From an uncultured Desulfospira sp. (GTDB lineage Bacteria; Desulfobacterota; Desulfobacteria; Desulfobacterales; Desulfobacteraceae), in assembly GCA_963663165.1 (NCBI GenBank), contig OY760175.1, positions 2,368,001-2,432,000 of the forward strand: a DNA stretch of 64,000 nucleotides. Direction: 5' to 3'. The stretch's first letter is position 1. Every line of letters begins with the position of its first letter. Below, one piece after another: positions 49,724-62,232 of the stretch. The notes under the pieces were generated by a model. The model saw nothing but the letters and a program-made list of their open reading frames with translations, did not search any database and was not told the DNA's origin. The position numbers and the translations under genes were made by a program.

Positions 49724-51838
49724 TTAAAACCGCCTTGAAATCATTATGCCGAAAGTTTGGGGCTCCCCCACATTGGCCATGACGCCCATGGCATTAACCC
49801 TGCCGAAACTGAAGTATTCTTCATCAAAAAGATTTTTCCCATAAAGGTACACATCCCAGTTTGAACCTTCATATCCGACTTTTGCGTTATAAATCTGATA
49901 GGCTTTCTGGCCGATGGTGTTTGCATCATTAAAGTAATTTCGGCCATACCCCTGCATGCCTGCACGAAAGAAAAATCCTGAATCATGTCTGTATTGAACT
50001 GCCAGGTTCAAGGTGTAATCCGGGGAGACCGGCAGCTCCTTTCCCGAACAATCAACCCCTTCCGTGTTGGTGTAGTCATCATATTCCGCCTGGGCGAGTC
50101 CAAATGCGGCAATCAGATCCAGGCCTTTGAGGGGCTTTGCCGTTGCTTCGATTTCAATGCCCTGGGAGTGCGCTTTTCCGGCATTGCTGGTGATATAGGT
50201 GGTGGGATCAGGCGCATAATAGACATGCATGTCTTTGATATCCATATAAAAAAGATTGGCATTGAAAAACAGCCGGTTGCTGAACCATGATGTTTTAACG
50301 CCAAGCTCATAGTCAATGGAGCTTTGCTCATCAAATTTTGCCTGTTCTTTTACATTCTCACTATAGTTGAACCCGCCGGCCAGATATCCCTTGGACACAC
50401 TGGCATACACCATGGCATCGTCATTGATGGTCCAGGATAGAATCCCTTTGGGAAGAAACGCATCCCAGTCATCTTTGATATGGTATGAGGTCTGTGACAA
50501 CACGGCACCGGTATCGGTGCGGGACATCTCGTATCTGTAGTCCATCTCCTTATCAATGCGTTCATATCTTAGACCTGCGGTAAAGGCCAGCCGTCCGGGA
50601 AGCGGAACCGTTACCTGGCCGAAGGCCGCAGCCGTATCCTCTTTGGTATCATCCGGCCAGTTATAATAAACATCATACCCCATCATGGCCGAGGTATCGT
50701 AAACCATGCCGTTGTCTTCCCAGCTGCCGTCCTCGGTTGAATAATAAAGCCCGCCGAGCCATTTTACGCCTTCTTTTTTATCCAGGGACTGTATGCGCAG
50801 TTCCTGGGACAATGCCCGGGAATCATACTGGCTTAATGCAACAGGCATCCCCATGCCCATATAGCATTGATCCTGCATAAGTTCATTTTCGTAGTCATTG
50901 AAGGTGGTAATGGAGGTCAGCTTAAAGGTTGGAGCATCATAACCGATATTGAGTGCGGCCTGAAAAGAATCAGCGTCTGAGTAATCATCAGGATTTCTGT
51001 ACTCATGGTATTTCACCCCGGATGTCCGGGCATTGATGGAGGTCCCGCCGCCATCCCTTTTCTGCACCATTCCGGCGTGAAGATTGATTTCCATGCGGTC
51101 CGACACCAGCCACCGCAGCCGCGAGTTAAAACCGATTGACTCTTCATCGTCAAAATGACCGCTGCCGGGAGAATCATTTTCCATATATCCGTTAGTTTCA
51201 GAATAGATTCCGGATAGTGAGAAAAAAAGCTTATCCTTTAATATAGGGCCGTTCACAAAACTTTTAATACGGTAAGTTTCATTTTCTTCTGCCTGGAATG
51301 TCACCTTTGATTCAAAATCATTGCCCGGTTCTTTTGAAATGATATTGATAACACCGCCGATGGCGTTCTTGCCGTACAATGTCCCCTGGGAGCCTCTGAG
51401 TACCTCTATTCTTTCAATGTCCAATATATCGGTGCCGTAATTGGCATGATTGTCCTGGGCAATGCCGTCAATAAAAATCACCACCGGATTTTTCCCGGTA
51501 AACTGGCTTAAACTGATCCCCCTGAAATTGGTTTCATGATACCCGCTCATGTATGAGGCGTTGAAAACCATATTCGGGACAAATTCAATTACATCATCCA
51601 CGTCTTCAATGCCGGCATCTTCAATGAATATGTCATCAAAGGTGGTAACCGGCACCGGGACGGTCTGAACGTCTTCTTCGGTTTTCTGGGCCGTGACCGT
51701 CATTGTTGTGAGCTGATGCTCTTCCTTTTGACTTAGGGCGTCAGCCCCTTTTTGTTCCGCCTGAACATTGGGGCCGGCCAGAAGCAGACACATTAGCGTG
51801 ACTGCCAGACCGGAAAACTGCTTTGCTGATTTTTTCAT
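49724..51838 (-). CDS. TonB-dependent receptor
   Basis: TMTVTAQK, ERIEVLRGSQGTLYGKN, terminal RRF. Confidence 0.93.
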   Translation of the reverse strand: MKKSAKQFSGLAVTLMCLLLAGPNVQAEQKGADALSQKEEHQLTTMTVTAQKTEEDVQTVPVPVTTFDDIFIEDAGIEDVDDVIEFVPNMVFNASYMSGYHETNFRGISLSQFTGKNPVVIFIDGIAQDNHANYGTDILDIERIEVLRGSQGTLYGKNAIGGVINIISKEPGNDFESKVTFQAEENETYRIKSFVNGPILKDKLFFSLSGIYSETNGYMENDSPGSGHFDDEESIGFNSRLRWLVSDRMEINLHAGMVQKRDGGGTSINARTSGVKYHEYRNPDDYSDADSFQAALNIGYDAPTFKLTSITTFNDYENELMQDQCYMGMGMPVALSQYDSRALSQELRIQSLDKKEGVKWLGGLYYSTEDGSWEDNGMVYDTSAMMGYDVYYNWPDDTKEDTAAAFGQVTVPLPGRLAFTAGLRYERIDKEMDYRYEMSRTDTGAVLSQTSYHIKDDWDAFLPKGILSWTINDDAMVYASVSKGYLAGGFNYSENVKEQAKFDEQSSIDYELGVKTSWFSNRLFFNANLFYMDIKDMHVYYAPDPTTYITSNAGKAHSQGIEIEATAKPLKGLDLIAAFGLAQAEYDDYTNTEGVDCSGKELPVSPDYTLNLAVQYRHDSGFFFRAGMQGYGRNYFNDANTIGQKAYQIYNAKVGYEGSNWDVYLYGKNLFDEEYFSFGRVNAMGVMANVGEPQTFGIMISRRF

Positions 51839-52001
51839 ATTCGTATTAACTCCTAATTTTTTCAGGTTTTTTTCACCGCTGGAATTAAACAGCCGGCGGC
51901 CTCATTTTTGCGGCTCGTTTTTGAAACATGTTTGCAAAGAGGTATAACCCCTTGTCCGGCAAAGGGGCTAACGGTATCGTCCATCTTTTTTGCGCAATCG
52001 T

Positions 52002-52961
52002 CTATTTTGCAGAAGATACAACCGCCTTGGGATGCCTGCCCGGAGAAAAGCCAAAGTGTTTTTTAAAGGTTTTGGAAAAATGGCTCAGGCTGGCATATCC
52101 CACGGCATAACTGACCTGGGTCACATTGGTTTTTCCCTCATTTAAAAGCGCTACGGCCGTTTCAAGGCGCTTGTTGCGCAAATAATCAAGGGGGGTAATG
52201 CCGTATACCATTTTGAAACAATCATAGAGCTTGCTGCGGCACATCCCCACGGACCGGGCAAGCTCGGCCATGGTCGGTGTCTCTTCCAGGTCCCGGGTCA
52301 GCAGCCGGGCAGCGCGCCGGACCCGTTCTATATCCGGTCCGGCCAAAGTGGATTTTGGGTCAAAAATCCGGGTTTCAGTGTCCAGCTGTGCCATTTTATG
52401 GGCTGTCAGCTCCATGACTTTGGCCTCAATAAAGAGGCTGCGGGCCACCCCGTGATAGGGACAGGACCGTATCTGGTCAATAACCGCCCGCATATTCGGC
52501 GTTATTGTATCTGAAAAACGGGAAGGCGATGTGTTTTCATCTGTCAGCGCCTTTGGAAGCCGTTCCGGATCTCCCATCCCAAAGGAGGGCAAAAGGCCGG
52601 GCTTCATCAAAACAGATACCCGGACCATGGGGCCGGGCCGGACTTTTTCGGTAAAACCGGCTGAATCCGGGAAAGAGAAACAGACGCTTTGCCCGGCTTT
52701 TATGGAAAAGGAATCCTTTAAACAAGACGAAGACGCCTCAATCTCTCCGGACAGACAAAAACCGAATCCCAGATGGGGACTCGGGCTGGTGTACTCTAAA
52801 ACAGTGGGCTTGTAGAACTCATAATCGGCAACCACCAGCTGCATGCCGCAGTTCAAAGGAATATGTGTAATCCCCCCCCTGCCCATGGATGAAGGGATTG
52901 AAAATTGATTGTTTGTTAAAGAATTTTTCTGATCAGGCGGAAACAGTTGAAGTATGTCCAT
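52002..52961 (-). CDS. AraC-family regulator, PchR/YbtA-like
   Basis: CPYHGVARSLFIEAKVMEL, ELARSVG, VGYASLSHFSKTFKKHFG. Confidence 0.92.
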   Translation of the reverse strand: MDILQLFPPDQKNSLTNNQFSIPSSMGRGGITHIPLNCGMQLVVADYEFYKPTVLEYTSPSPHLGFGFCLSGEIEASSSCLKDSFSIKAGQSVCFSFPDSAGFTEKVRPGPMVRVSVLMKPGLLPSFGMGDPERLPKALTDENTSPSRFSDTITPNMRAVIDQIRSCPYHGVARSLFIEAKVMELTAHKMAQLDTETRIFDPKSTLAGPDIERVRRAARLLTRDLEETPTMAELARSVGMCRSKLYDCFKMVYGITPLDYLRNKRLETAVALLNEGKTNVTQVSYAVGYASLSHFSKTFKKHFGFSPGRHPKAVVSSAK

Positions 52962-53451
52962 ATGGGTTGCTGTCCTGCTGGTGCAATCAATATTATTTTC
53001 TCATCAATAGATGTATTATGCCAAAAACATATTTTTTTAATATATAAACATTTTTTGTCAAGAAAAAAATATATTTGATCAGTAAAATTGTTTTAATTAC
53101 AAAACTTCATCTAATATATACGGCCTTCTTTTTACGCGATTAATCTGCCATCGAACCGGCATCCTCAAATCAAATTTATGGGAAACCACCACATAACCGA
53201 TGTTCAATTTGCCCGGGGCCCAACCAGCAGGGCAATCGCATGTAAAAAAATTATCCATGATGATTTTTATTTAATTTACATATACATTCAAGGTCCGCCC
53301 CCTCTGTGGTGTTTGGCGTAAGCCAAACCTCTGTGCCTCTCTGTGGTTAAAAAACAAGAAATCCCGAAGGGGTTGAATGGTTCTTCTTTAACCCCCTGGT
53401 TTTATAAATTGTGGGCTTCGCCCACTCTTTATATTTAACCACAGAGGGGCA

Positions 53452-55430
<1,979 letters not shown>

Positions 55431-55754
55431 CAGAGAAACACAGAGTTTCAGTGCTGCGCACTGAAATTGCATTCGGTAAGCTTAAACAGTAGGAAAGTTA
55501 CATGCGATTGCCCTGGCCCAACCAGCCGTTCACCTTTACACAGCTGAAAACTAAGGTGGCCCAAAACCCGGCTTCAAAATCACACCGATAAAAAATTGCA
55601 TCATTTCTAACGGTTCAACCCTTTTTTGCACACCAGGCAATTGACTTTAGGGATTTAGTGTGTATTTCATATACGTCAAAACCCGCCGTTTCAAAAATGC
55701 CGGGTCCCAATTTCAGACAGCCGGTAACGGCTGACAAATTAAAGGGGTAAAGAT

Positions 55755-56225
55755 ATGAAATTGAAACCAGATAAAACAACCGCCTTTCTCATGCTGGCCC
55801 TGTTCGTAATAACGCTGTCAGGATGCGCCACTTCAAGATCAGGCGAGGTTTACAGTGCCGATGAAGCTCGGAAAGTCCAGACCGTTGAAACCGGAACCAT
55901 CGAGTCGGTCAAGCAAGTCCTGATCCAGGGAGATCAGACCCCCATCGGGGCCATTGCCGGCGGGGTCACCGGCGGGGTGGTGGGCAGTTCCATCGGCCAT
56001 GGGCACGGAAGGGATGTGGCCACCGTGATCGGGGCCATTGCCGGTGCCGCAGCCGGGGCCGCCATTGAAAAGGGCGTTGCCCAGAAAAACGGACTTGAGC
56101 TGGTCATCAACAAGGATAACGGCGGGACCATTGTCATTGTCCAGGAAGCCGACGTGTTATTTTCCCCGGGAGACCGGGTCAGAATTATATCTTCACCATA
56201 CGGGGAAACCAGGGTCTCGAAATGA
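55755..56225 (+). CDS. slyB: Outer-membrane lipoprotein SlyB/Pcp (glycine zipper 2TM)
   Basis: LSGC lipobox, GAIAGGVTGGVVGSSIGHG, IVIVQ...FSPGDRV. Confidence 0.82.
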   Translation: MKLKPDKTTAFLMLALFVITLSGCATSRSGEVYSADEARKVQTVETGTIESVKQVLIQGDQTPIGAIAGGVTGGVVGSSIGHGHGRDVATVIGAIAGAAAGAAIEKGVAQKNGLELVINKDNGGTIVIVQEADVLFSPGDRVRIISSPYGETRVSK

Positions 56226-56338
56226 CATTAGACTTTAGACCATAGACATTAGACTTTAGACTATAGACAACAGGCTTTAGGGGCGGGGGACCTTAATTTT
56301 TCTCAAGTCCGGAGTCTAAAGTCTAAAGTCTCTAGTCC
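56224..56338. repeat. Inverted heptamer tracts (GACNNTA)n ... (GTCTAAA)n
   Basis: GACATTA GACTTTA GACCATA GACATTA GACTTTA GACTATA... then GTCTAAA GTCTAAA GTCTCTA GTC. Confidence 0.88.
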
Positions 56339-56443
56339 AAAAATAACTTGACCTGAACCCAAACTGCATCTAAAACCCAGGGGCCTGATGAAATGAATTC
56401 ATAAGGCCCCTTAAGTTTTTTCAACCAACCGGAAATAAAAGAA

Positions 56444-58291
56444 ATGAAATCCCAGACAGCAACAAATGAAAACCTACGCAATATTGCCATCATTGCCCAT
56501 GTTGACCATGGCAAGACCACCCTGGTGGATGCCATGTTCAAGCAAAGCGGGCTTTTCAGGGAAGGCCAGGAGGTGGACGACCGCCTCATGGACTCCATGG
56601 ACCTTGAACGGGAGCGCGGCATCACCATTGCCGCCAAAAACTGTTCCGTAACCTGCAACGGGGTAAAGATCAATATCATTGACACCCCCGGCCATGCGGA
56701 TTTTGGCGGAGAGGTGGAACGGGCCCTGTCCATGGCGGATTCGGCCATTCTGCTGGTGGACGCATCGGAAGGGCCTTTGCCCCAGACCCGGTTTGTGTTG
56801 AAAAAAACCTTTGAAGCCGGCCTGCCCGTCCTTGTGATCATTAATAAAATCGACCGGAAGGATGCCAGGCCCGATGAAGTCCTGGACATGGTCTATGACC
56901 TGTTCATTGACCTGGACGCCCCGGAAGACCAGCTGGATTTTACCTATCTTTACGCCATTGGCCGGGACGGCATTGTCAAACGGGAACTTGGCGAAGATGT
57001 GGACAACCTCAAGGTGCTCTTTGACATCATCCTGGATGAAATGCCCGCCCCTGCCTATGATCCGGATGCGCCCTTCCAGATGCTGGTATCAGACCTGGGG
57101 TATTCGGATTATCTGGGACGGCTTGCCATCGGCAAGGTGTTTAACGGATCGGCCGCATCCAACGACAATCTGGTCTGTTTAGCGGAAAATGACCGGAAAA
57201 TCCCCCTTAAGGTCAGCAAACTCCAGTCCTATGACGGCCCGGCCCTGGTTCCTGTGGACAAGGCCCAGGTCGGGGATATTGTGGTGCTGTCCGGAATAGA
57301 GGATGTGAAAATCGGGGATACCATCTGCACCCGGGAAGCCCCCCTTGCCCTGCCGAGAATCACTGTGGATGATCCCACGGTGTTCATGCAGTTTGCCATC
57401 AACACCTCCCCCTTTGCCGGCCAGGAAGGCAAAATTGTCCAGTCCCGGAAAATCCGGGAACGCCTGCTCAAGGAAACCTTGATGAATGTCGCCATTGTGG
57501 TGGAGGAAAGTCAGGATGACGAAAGTTTTGTGGTCAAGGGAAGGGGCGAACTTCAGCTGGCCATCCTTATCGAAACCATGCGCCGGGAGGGCTTTGAGCT
57601 TTGTGTGGGAAGGCCCCGGGTCATTTACCGGGAAGAGAACGGCCAGCGGCTGGAACCTATTGAACATCTGTTTGTGGACTGTGACGAAAACTTTATGGGC
57701 ATTGTCACGGAAAAGCTCTCCATCCGGAAGGGAAAGATGTCCAATCTGGTCAACAACGGTAAAGGACGGGTAAGAATCGAATTTTCCATTCCCTCCCGCT
57801 CCTTGATCGGATACCGGGACGAATTTTTGACCGATACCCGGGGAACCGGAATCATAAACTCCTATCTGTCCGGGTATGAGCCATTCCGGGGGGATTTCCC
57901 GGTCCGGTTCAATGGCTCCATTATTGCGGACCGGCAGGGCAAGGCGGTTCCCTATGCCCTGTATAACCTGGAACCCAGGGGGCAGCTGTTCATCCCGCCG
58001 GGAACCCCGGTATATGAAGGCATGGTTATCGGAGAGCATAACCGGAGCACAGACATCGACGTCAATGCCTGCAAAGAGAAAAAACTGACCAACATGCGGG
58101 CGTCCGGAAAAGATGATGCCACCATCTGCTCCCCGGTCAAACCCATGACCCTGGAGAAGGCTATTCATTTTATCGGCGACGATGAAATGGTTGAAGTCAC
58201 CCCGGTATCCATCAGAATTCGAAAAACCGTTCTGAACGCCCAGAAACGCCATCTGATTGCCGGAAAACTTAAAAAACAACAAACCGAATGA
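56444..58291 (+). CDS. typA: Translational GTPase TypA/BipA
   Basis: RNIAIIAHVDHGKTTLVD, DTPGHADFGGEVER, GRGELQL, KKLTNMRASG. Confidence 0.97.
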   Translation: MKSQTATNENLRNIAIIAHVDHGKTTLVDAMFKQSGLFREGQEVDDRLMDSMDLERERGITIAAKNCSVTCNGVKINIIDTPGHADFGGEVERALSMADSAILLVDASEGPLPQTRFVLKKTFEAGLPVLVIINKIDRKDARPDEVLDMVYDLFIDLDAPEDQLDFTYLYAIGRDGIVKRELGEDVDNLKVLFDIILDEMPAPAYDPDAPFQMLVSDLGYSDYLGRLAIGKVFNGSAASNDNLVCLAENDRKIPLKVSKLQSYDGPALVPVDKAQVGDIVVLSGIEDVKIGDTICTREAPLALPRITVDDPTVFMQFAINTSPFAGQEGKIVQSRKIRERLLKETLMNVAIVVEESQDDESFVVKGRGELQLAILIETMRREGFELCVGRPRVIYREENGQRLEPIEHLFVDCDENFMGIVTEKLSIRKGKMSNLVNNGKGRVRIEFSIPSRSLIGYRDEFLTDTRGTGIINSYLSGYEPFRGDFPVRFNGSIIADRQGKAVPYALYNLEPRGQLFIPPGTPVYEGMVIGEHNRSTDIDVNACKEKKLTNMRASGKDDATICSPVKPMTLEKAIHFIGDDEMVEVTPVSIRIRKTVLNAQKRHLIAGKLKKQQTE

Positions 58292-59163
58292 AACGGTTTG
58301 CCGGTGCATTCCTGGTTCTGGTGTCGGCGGCGGGTTTTGGGGCCATGCCCCTGTTTGCCCATTTTGCCTACCAGGACCAGGTTAACGTGAGTACCCTGTT
58401 GTTTTTCAGGTTTTTTATCGCGTTTTTGCTCATGGCCCCCATTACATTTTTCCGGCGGGATGTTCTGCCAAAGGGAAAAGACCTTTTAATTCTGCTGGCC
58501 ATGGGCCTGGTGGGGTATTCCGGGGTGTCCTTTTGTTATTTTACCGCTTTGACCCTGATCCCGGCGGCCCTGGTGGCCATTTTGCTTTACCTTTATCCGG
58601 TAAACGTGACCCTGTTGTCGGTTCTGATCTACCGGGAACCTTTGACCGTAAAAAAACTATTGGCCTTAGGTCTTGCCCTGGCCGGAACCGTCCTTGTGGT
58701 GGGGTTTGTACCGGGATCCTCCATTAAGGGAATCTTTATCGGGGCCATGGCCTCGGTGTTTTATTCGTGCTATATCCTGGCCGGCAGCCGGGTCATGAAG
58801 CGGCACCACCCCTTTCCCTCAAGCGTGGTGATCATTGGTGCAGCATCCCTTTTTTATCTGGTTTACAGCATCAAGGCCGGATTTACCCTGCCCTCATCTG
58901 CTGCCGGGGGGATCAGCATGGTCTGCCTGGCCCTGGTCTCAACCTTTATGGCCATTTTTACCTTTTTTATGGGCGTCAAGCTTACGGGCCCGGTTAACGC
59001 ATCTTTGCTGTCCACCTTTGAGCCTGTGGCCACCATTGGCCTGTTTTTTCTGGCCTTTGGCACCCCCATCACCCCTGTTCAGGGCTTTGGGACCCTTTTA
59101 ATTCTTTTATCGGCCGTGGTGACGGCCCTTGAGGTGCAGCCAGTGGAAATGGAGCCGCGCTGA
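58288..59163 (+). CDS. DMT/EamA-family transporter
   Basis: Ten hydrophobic segments; LLYLYP, STFEPV. Confidence 0.88.
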   Translation: MKRFAGAFLVLVSAAGFGAMPLFAHFAYQDQVNVSTLLFFRFFIAFLLMAPITFFRRDVLPKGKDLLILLAMGLVGYSGVSFCYFTALTLIPAALVAILLYLYPVNVTLLSVLIYREPLTVKKLLALGLALAGTVLVVGFVPGSSIKGIFIGAMASVFYSCYILAGSRVMKRHHPFPSSVVIIGAASLFYLVYSIKAGFTLPSSAAGGISMVCLALVSTFMAIFTFFMGVKLTGPVNASLLSTFEPVATIGLFFLAFGTPITPVQGFGTLLILLSAVVTALEVQPVEMEPR

Positions 59164-59226
59164 TGACTCATCCTGCAGCCTGACCCGATGCGAATTTAAA
59201 ATGCGGCAAGGGATTGTAACATCCGG

Positions 59227-59970
59227 TTATGACAGCCGGCCTCCCCGGGAATTTGGTTTGCCTTTTGAGGGCCGTTTTTTCATTTTTTCGTTAAACCGGC
59301 TGACATGGTCCATGATGATATGAGAGGCTTTGGCACAGTCTTTTGCCTTTATGGCGTCAATAATTTTTTCAAAATCCGTCAGGTTTTCCAGGGTCCGTTC
59401 ATGGTTCATGGGCAGAAAATCCCGATAATAGGGATGAATATTGTCATGGATGCTTTTCTGGATAAACTGGAATACCGGGTTTCGGGACATAATGCCCAGA
59501 TAGGTGTGCATGGCCATGTCGGTCTTTAAAAACTGATCCCAGTCCTGCTTCTCAAAACAGGTCCTCGCCGTTGCAAGGAGCTGCTCCATCTGCTGAATAT
59601 CCGCTTTGGTCGCCCGCATCGTTGCAAGCTCCGTAAGGCTGCCTTCCATCTTGATCCGAAATTCCGAGATATGTTCCAGGGAAATTTTTCCTGACCGGAT
59701 CAGCAGGGCTAAGGATTCGGCCATGGGCTCGGAATTGATCCGTTTGACAATGGCCCCGCCGGCAACCCCTAACTTGATTTCGATAATGCCTTTTTGCTCC
59801 AGCACCCTTAAGGCCTCGCGCAAGGTCCCCCGGCTGGTGTTGAACATATCCTTGAGTTCCCTTTCTGCGGGCAGCCGTTCTCCGGGTTTGAGTTTCCCGC
59901 TCAAAACCGCTTCTTGTATCTGCTCCACAATATCTTGGAATACCCTGTTCTGTTTGGCCTTTTTAAACAT
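59227..59970 (-). CDS. GntR/FadR-family regulator
   Basis: LKPGERLPAEREL...SRGTLREALRVLE plus FCD-like domain. Confidence 0.93.
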   Translation of the reverse strand: MFKKAKQNRVFQDIVEQIQEAVLSGKLKPGERLPAERELKDMFNTSRGTLREALRVLEQKGIIEIKLGVAGGAIVKRINSEPMAESLALLIRSGKISLEHISEFRIKMEGSLTELATMRATKADIQQMEQLLATARTCFEKQDWDQFLKTDMAMHTYLGIMSRNPVFQFIQKSIHDNIHPYYRDFLPMNHERTLENLTDFEKIIDAIKAKDCAKASHIIMDHVSRFNEKMKKRPSKGKPNSRGGRLS

Positions 59971-60091
59971 ATATCCTGTTTTGTTTTCCTTAGCTTCAGG
60001 TTTGAACCGATCTTATCCCATTGTTTTTTTTACGAGGCCTTTATGAAATCACTTACGTGCGGCTGTGTCAAACAGATAATGGTTCTACCAT

Positions 60092-60245
60092 TTTTGGGGA
60101 CTTGGGTTATGGGACCTGGGGTTTGGGATATGGACGAATTTCAGGGTTTTCGTTTCGCCTTACGTTTTCTGCCTCCGGTCTCCGGTTTCCGGTTCCCCGG
60201 TTTCCGTTTTCCGTTCTCCCGTTTCCGCTCTCCCGTCTTTCCCCT
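60092..60245. repeat. Two heptamer tracts: (NNNTGGG)n after and (TCCGGTT/TTCCGTT)n inside the ygiQ 3' end
   Basis: ACTTGGG TTATGGG ACCTGGG GTTTGGG; TCCGGTC TCCGGTT TCCGGTT CCCCGGT TTCCGTT TTCCGTT... Confidence 0.8.
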
Positions 60246-61922
60246 CTTGTCCGTCAGAATCTCTTTTTGCCGCTGTTGTTGCTTCACATCTTTTTCAACA
60301 AATATGGATTTCCCGTCAAAGGGGTTTATACCGGTATAGTACATCAAGGTCGAGAAGGTTGACGGGGTTGCCGTAAAGATCTGGACCTGTTCCGGACTGA
60401 TTTTCAGATGTTCCAGGCAAAACCGCTTGGCATCTTCCATATCCTTTCCGGTGCAGCCCGGATGGGCCGCAATAAAATAATAGGTCAGAAACTGCTTTTT
60501 CCCGGCCCGGGCAGACAGCCGGTCAAACAGGGTTTTAAATTCCAGCAGCGGGGCGGTTCCGGGTTTTCCCATAAGATCAAGGACACAGGCATTGGTATGC
60601 TCAGGGGCCAGTTTCATCTGTCCGGACACATGGTCCTTGCAGACGGCTTCAAGGTATGCCCGGCCATGGGATTTATCGTTCAAGATCAGGTCATGCCGGA
60701 TTCCGGAGTTGACAAACACCTTTTTGACCCGGTCAAGGCGACTGATCTGTTTTAGCAGTTCCAACTGCCGACAGTGATCCGGTTTAAGGCTCGGGCATAC
60801 CTTGGGATACAGGCATCGTTTGTCCCGGCATGCCCCTTTGGCCAGTTTTTTTTGACACTCAAACCCGTACATATTGGCCGTGGGCCCCCCAAGGTCCTGA
60901 ATAATCCCTTTAAAATCCGGCAGGCGGGTCAGGGCCCGGGCTTCTTTTAAAATGGATTCAGGGCTTCGAGATGTCACGGTCCGGCCCTGGTGAACGGCAA
61001 TGGCGCAAAAGTTACACTCCCCGTAACACCCGGTGTGGGTGGTAATGGAAAACCGGATGGTATCCAGGGCCCTGACCTTGCCGTCCGCCTGATGGAAGGG
61101 ATGGGCATCCCGTTCAAAATCAAGGTCATGGACCTGGTCCAGCTCCCGGGTGGTGGACAGGGGAGAAGGGACATTGAGGATCAGGTACCGGTCATTATAC
61201 CGCTGGCAAAGCCCCTGGCCGGTAACGGGATCCATGTTTTCGTAAAACTGTATGAAACTTTGGGCATAAGCGGTTTTATCCTTTTGAACCTGCTCAAATG
61301 AGGGCAGTTCCACCCCTTTTTTTTCCTTTGCAATATACCCGATGCCGGGGATGTCACAAGGATCACTTTTGGCTTTTAAAGCCGCTGCCAGGGCCGGGGT
61401 ACTGGCATGTCCCATGCCGAACACCAGATAGTCGGCCCTGGCGTCAAACAGAATGGAACGGCGGATTTTGTTGGACCAGACATCGTAATGGGCAATTCGT
61501 CTCAAGCTGGCCTCAATGCCCCCTAAAACCAGGGGAACCGTGGATTTGAAATACCTTCGGACCAGGTTGGCGTAAACGATCACAGCCCGGTCCGGCCGGC
61601 GGTTGTTTACACCTCCGGGGGTATAATCATCCTGTTTTCGGAACTTGCCGGCAGCCGTGTAATTGGCCACCATGGAGTCCACGGCCCCGCCGGTGACCCC
61701 CCAGAAAACCCGTGGCTCCCCCAACCGGGCAATATCCCGGTCGCTGTCCGTATCCGGCTGGGCAATAATCCCCACCCGGAATCCGCAAGAGATCAAGACC
61801 TTGCCGATAACGGCCACGCCCATGAAAGGGGAGTCAATATAGGCGTCTCCGGTGACCAGAATCACGTCCAGACCGGTCCACCCCAGGGCATAAACTTCTT
61901 TTAATGTGGTGGGAATAAACAT
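60141..61922 (-). CDS. ygiQ: YgiQ/UPF0313 radical SAM protein
   Basis: DVILVTGDAYID, GGIEASLRR, GCYGECNFC, DLGGPTANMYG, YFIAAHPG; start MFIPTT at 61922. Confidence 0.92.
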   Translation of the reverse strand: MFIPTTLKEVYALGWTGLDVILVTGDAYIDSPFMGVAVIGKVLISCGFRVGIIAQPDTDSDRDIARLGEPRVFWGVTGGAVDSMVANYTAAGKFRKQDDYTPGGVNNRRPDRAVIVYANLVRRYFKSTVPLVLGGIEASLRRIAHYDVWSNKIRRSILFDARADYLVFGMGHASTPALAAALKAKSDPCDIPGIGYIAKEKKGVELPSFEQVQKDKTAYAQSFIQFYENMDPVTGQGLCQRYNDRYLILNVPSPLSTTRELDQVHDLDFERDAHPFHQADGKVRALDTIRFSITTHTGCYGECNFCAIAVHQGRTVTSRSPESILKEARALTRLPDFKGIIQDLGGPTANMYGFECQKKLAKGACRDKRCLYPKVCPSLKPDHCRQLELLKQISRLDRVKKVFVNSGIRHDLILNDKSHGRAYLEAVCKDHVSGQMKLAPEHTNACVLDLMGKPGTAPLLEFKTLFDRLSARAGKKQFLTYYFIAAHPGCTGKDMEDAKRFCLEHLKISPEQVQIFTATPSTFSTLMYYTGINPFDGKSIFVEKDVKQQQRQKEILTDKRGKTGERKRENGKRKPGNRKPETGGRKRKAKRKP

Positions 61923-62015
61923 GGATTTAAGGCCCTTTGTGTCATAGGTCTGGTATTTACCAGCACAAACGGCAAGAAACAAGGGTGGATCATCACATTT
62001 ATTTTTTTTATAATA

Positions 62016-62102
62016 AAGTCTCACTAAGGTCCTGAGAAAACTTTCAATATTTGTTGTGGACGGTTCTTGGTTGGATAACCCAAGCCGTCCGTGACGGTTA
62101 TA
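62016..62102 (+). repeat. Dispersed two-hairpin repeat, copy 5 (L2/R2)
   Basis: AAAGTCTCACTAAGGTCCTGAG...CAAGCCGTCCGTGACGGTTATA. Confidence 0.9.
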
Positions 62103-62132
62103 AAAATTTATTCGAACGTAGGTTAGGGTGGT

Positions 62133-62161
62133 GTAGGGGCAAATTCATGAATTGCCCCTAC
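62133..62161. repeat. GTAG-type REP palindrome
   Basis: GTAGGGGCAAATTCATGAATTGCCCCTAC. Confidence 0.7.
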
Positions 62162-62232
62162 CGCCCCACAACACCGTCTCATCCGGTATGGTGCCCAAAA
62201 ATCCCAACCCTCCGAAAGCCGGGGAATAAGAA

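Noticed and set aside
52985..53012. Fur-box-like AT-rich sequence upstream of AraC3
   Set aside because: Too degenerate to distinguish from the AT-rich background by eye
57179..58309. 376-aa minus-strand ORF, and similar long shadows at 36065-36994, 38770-39585, 20632-21390 and 30452-31253
   Set aside because: Antisense shadows of well-supported genes with no recognisable motifs
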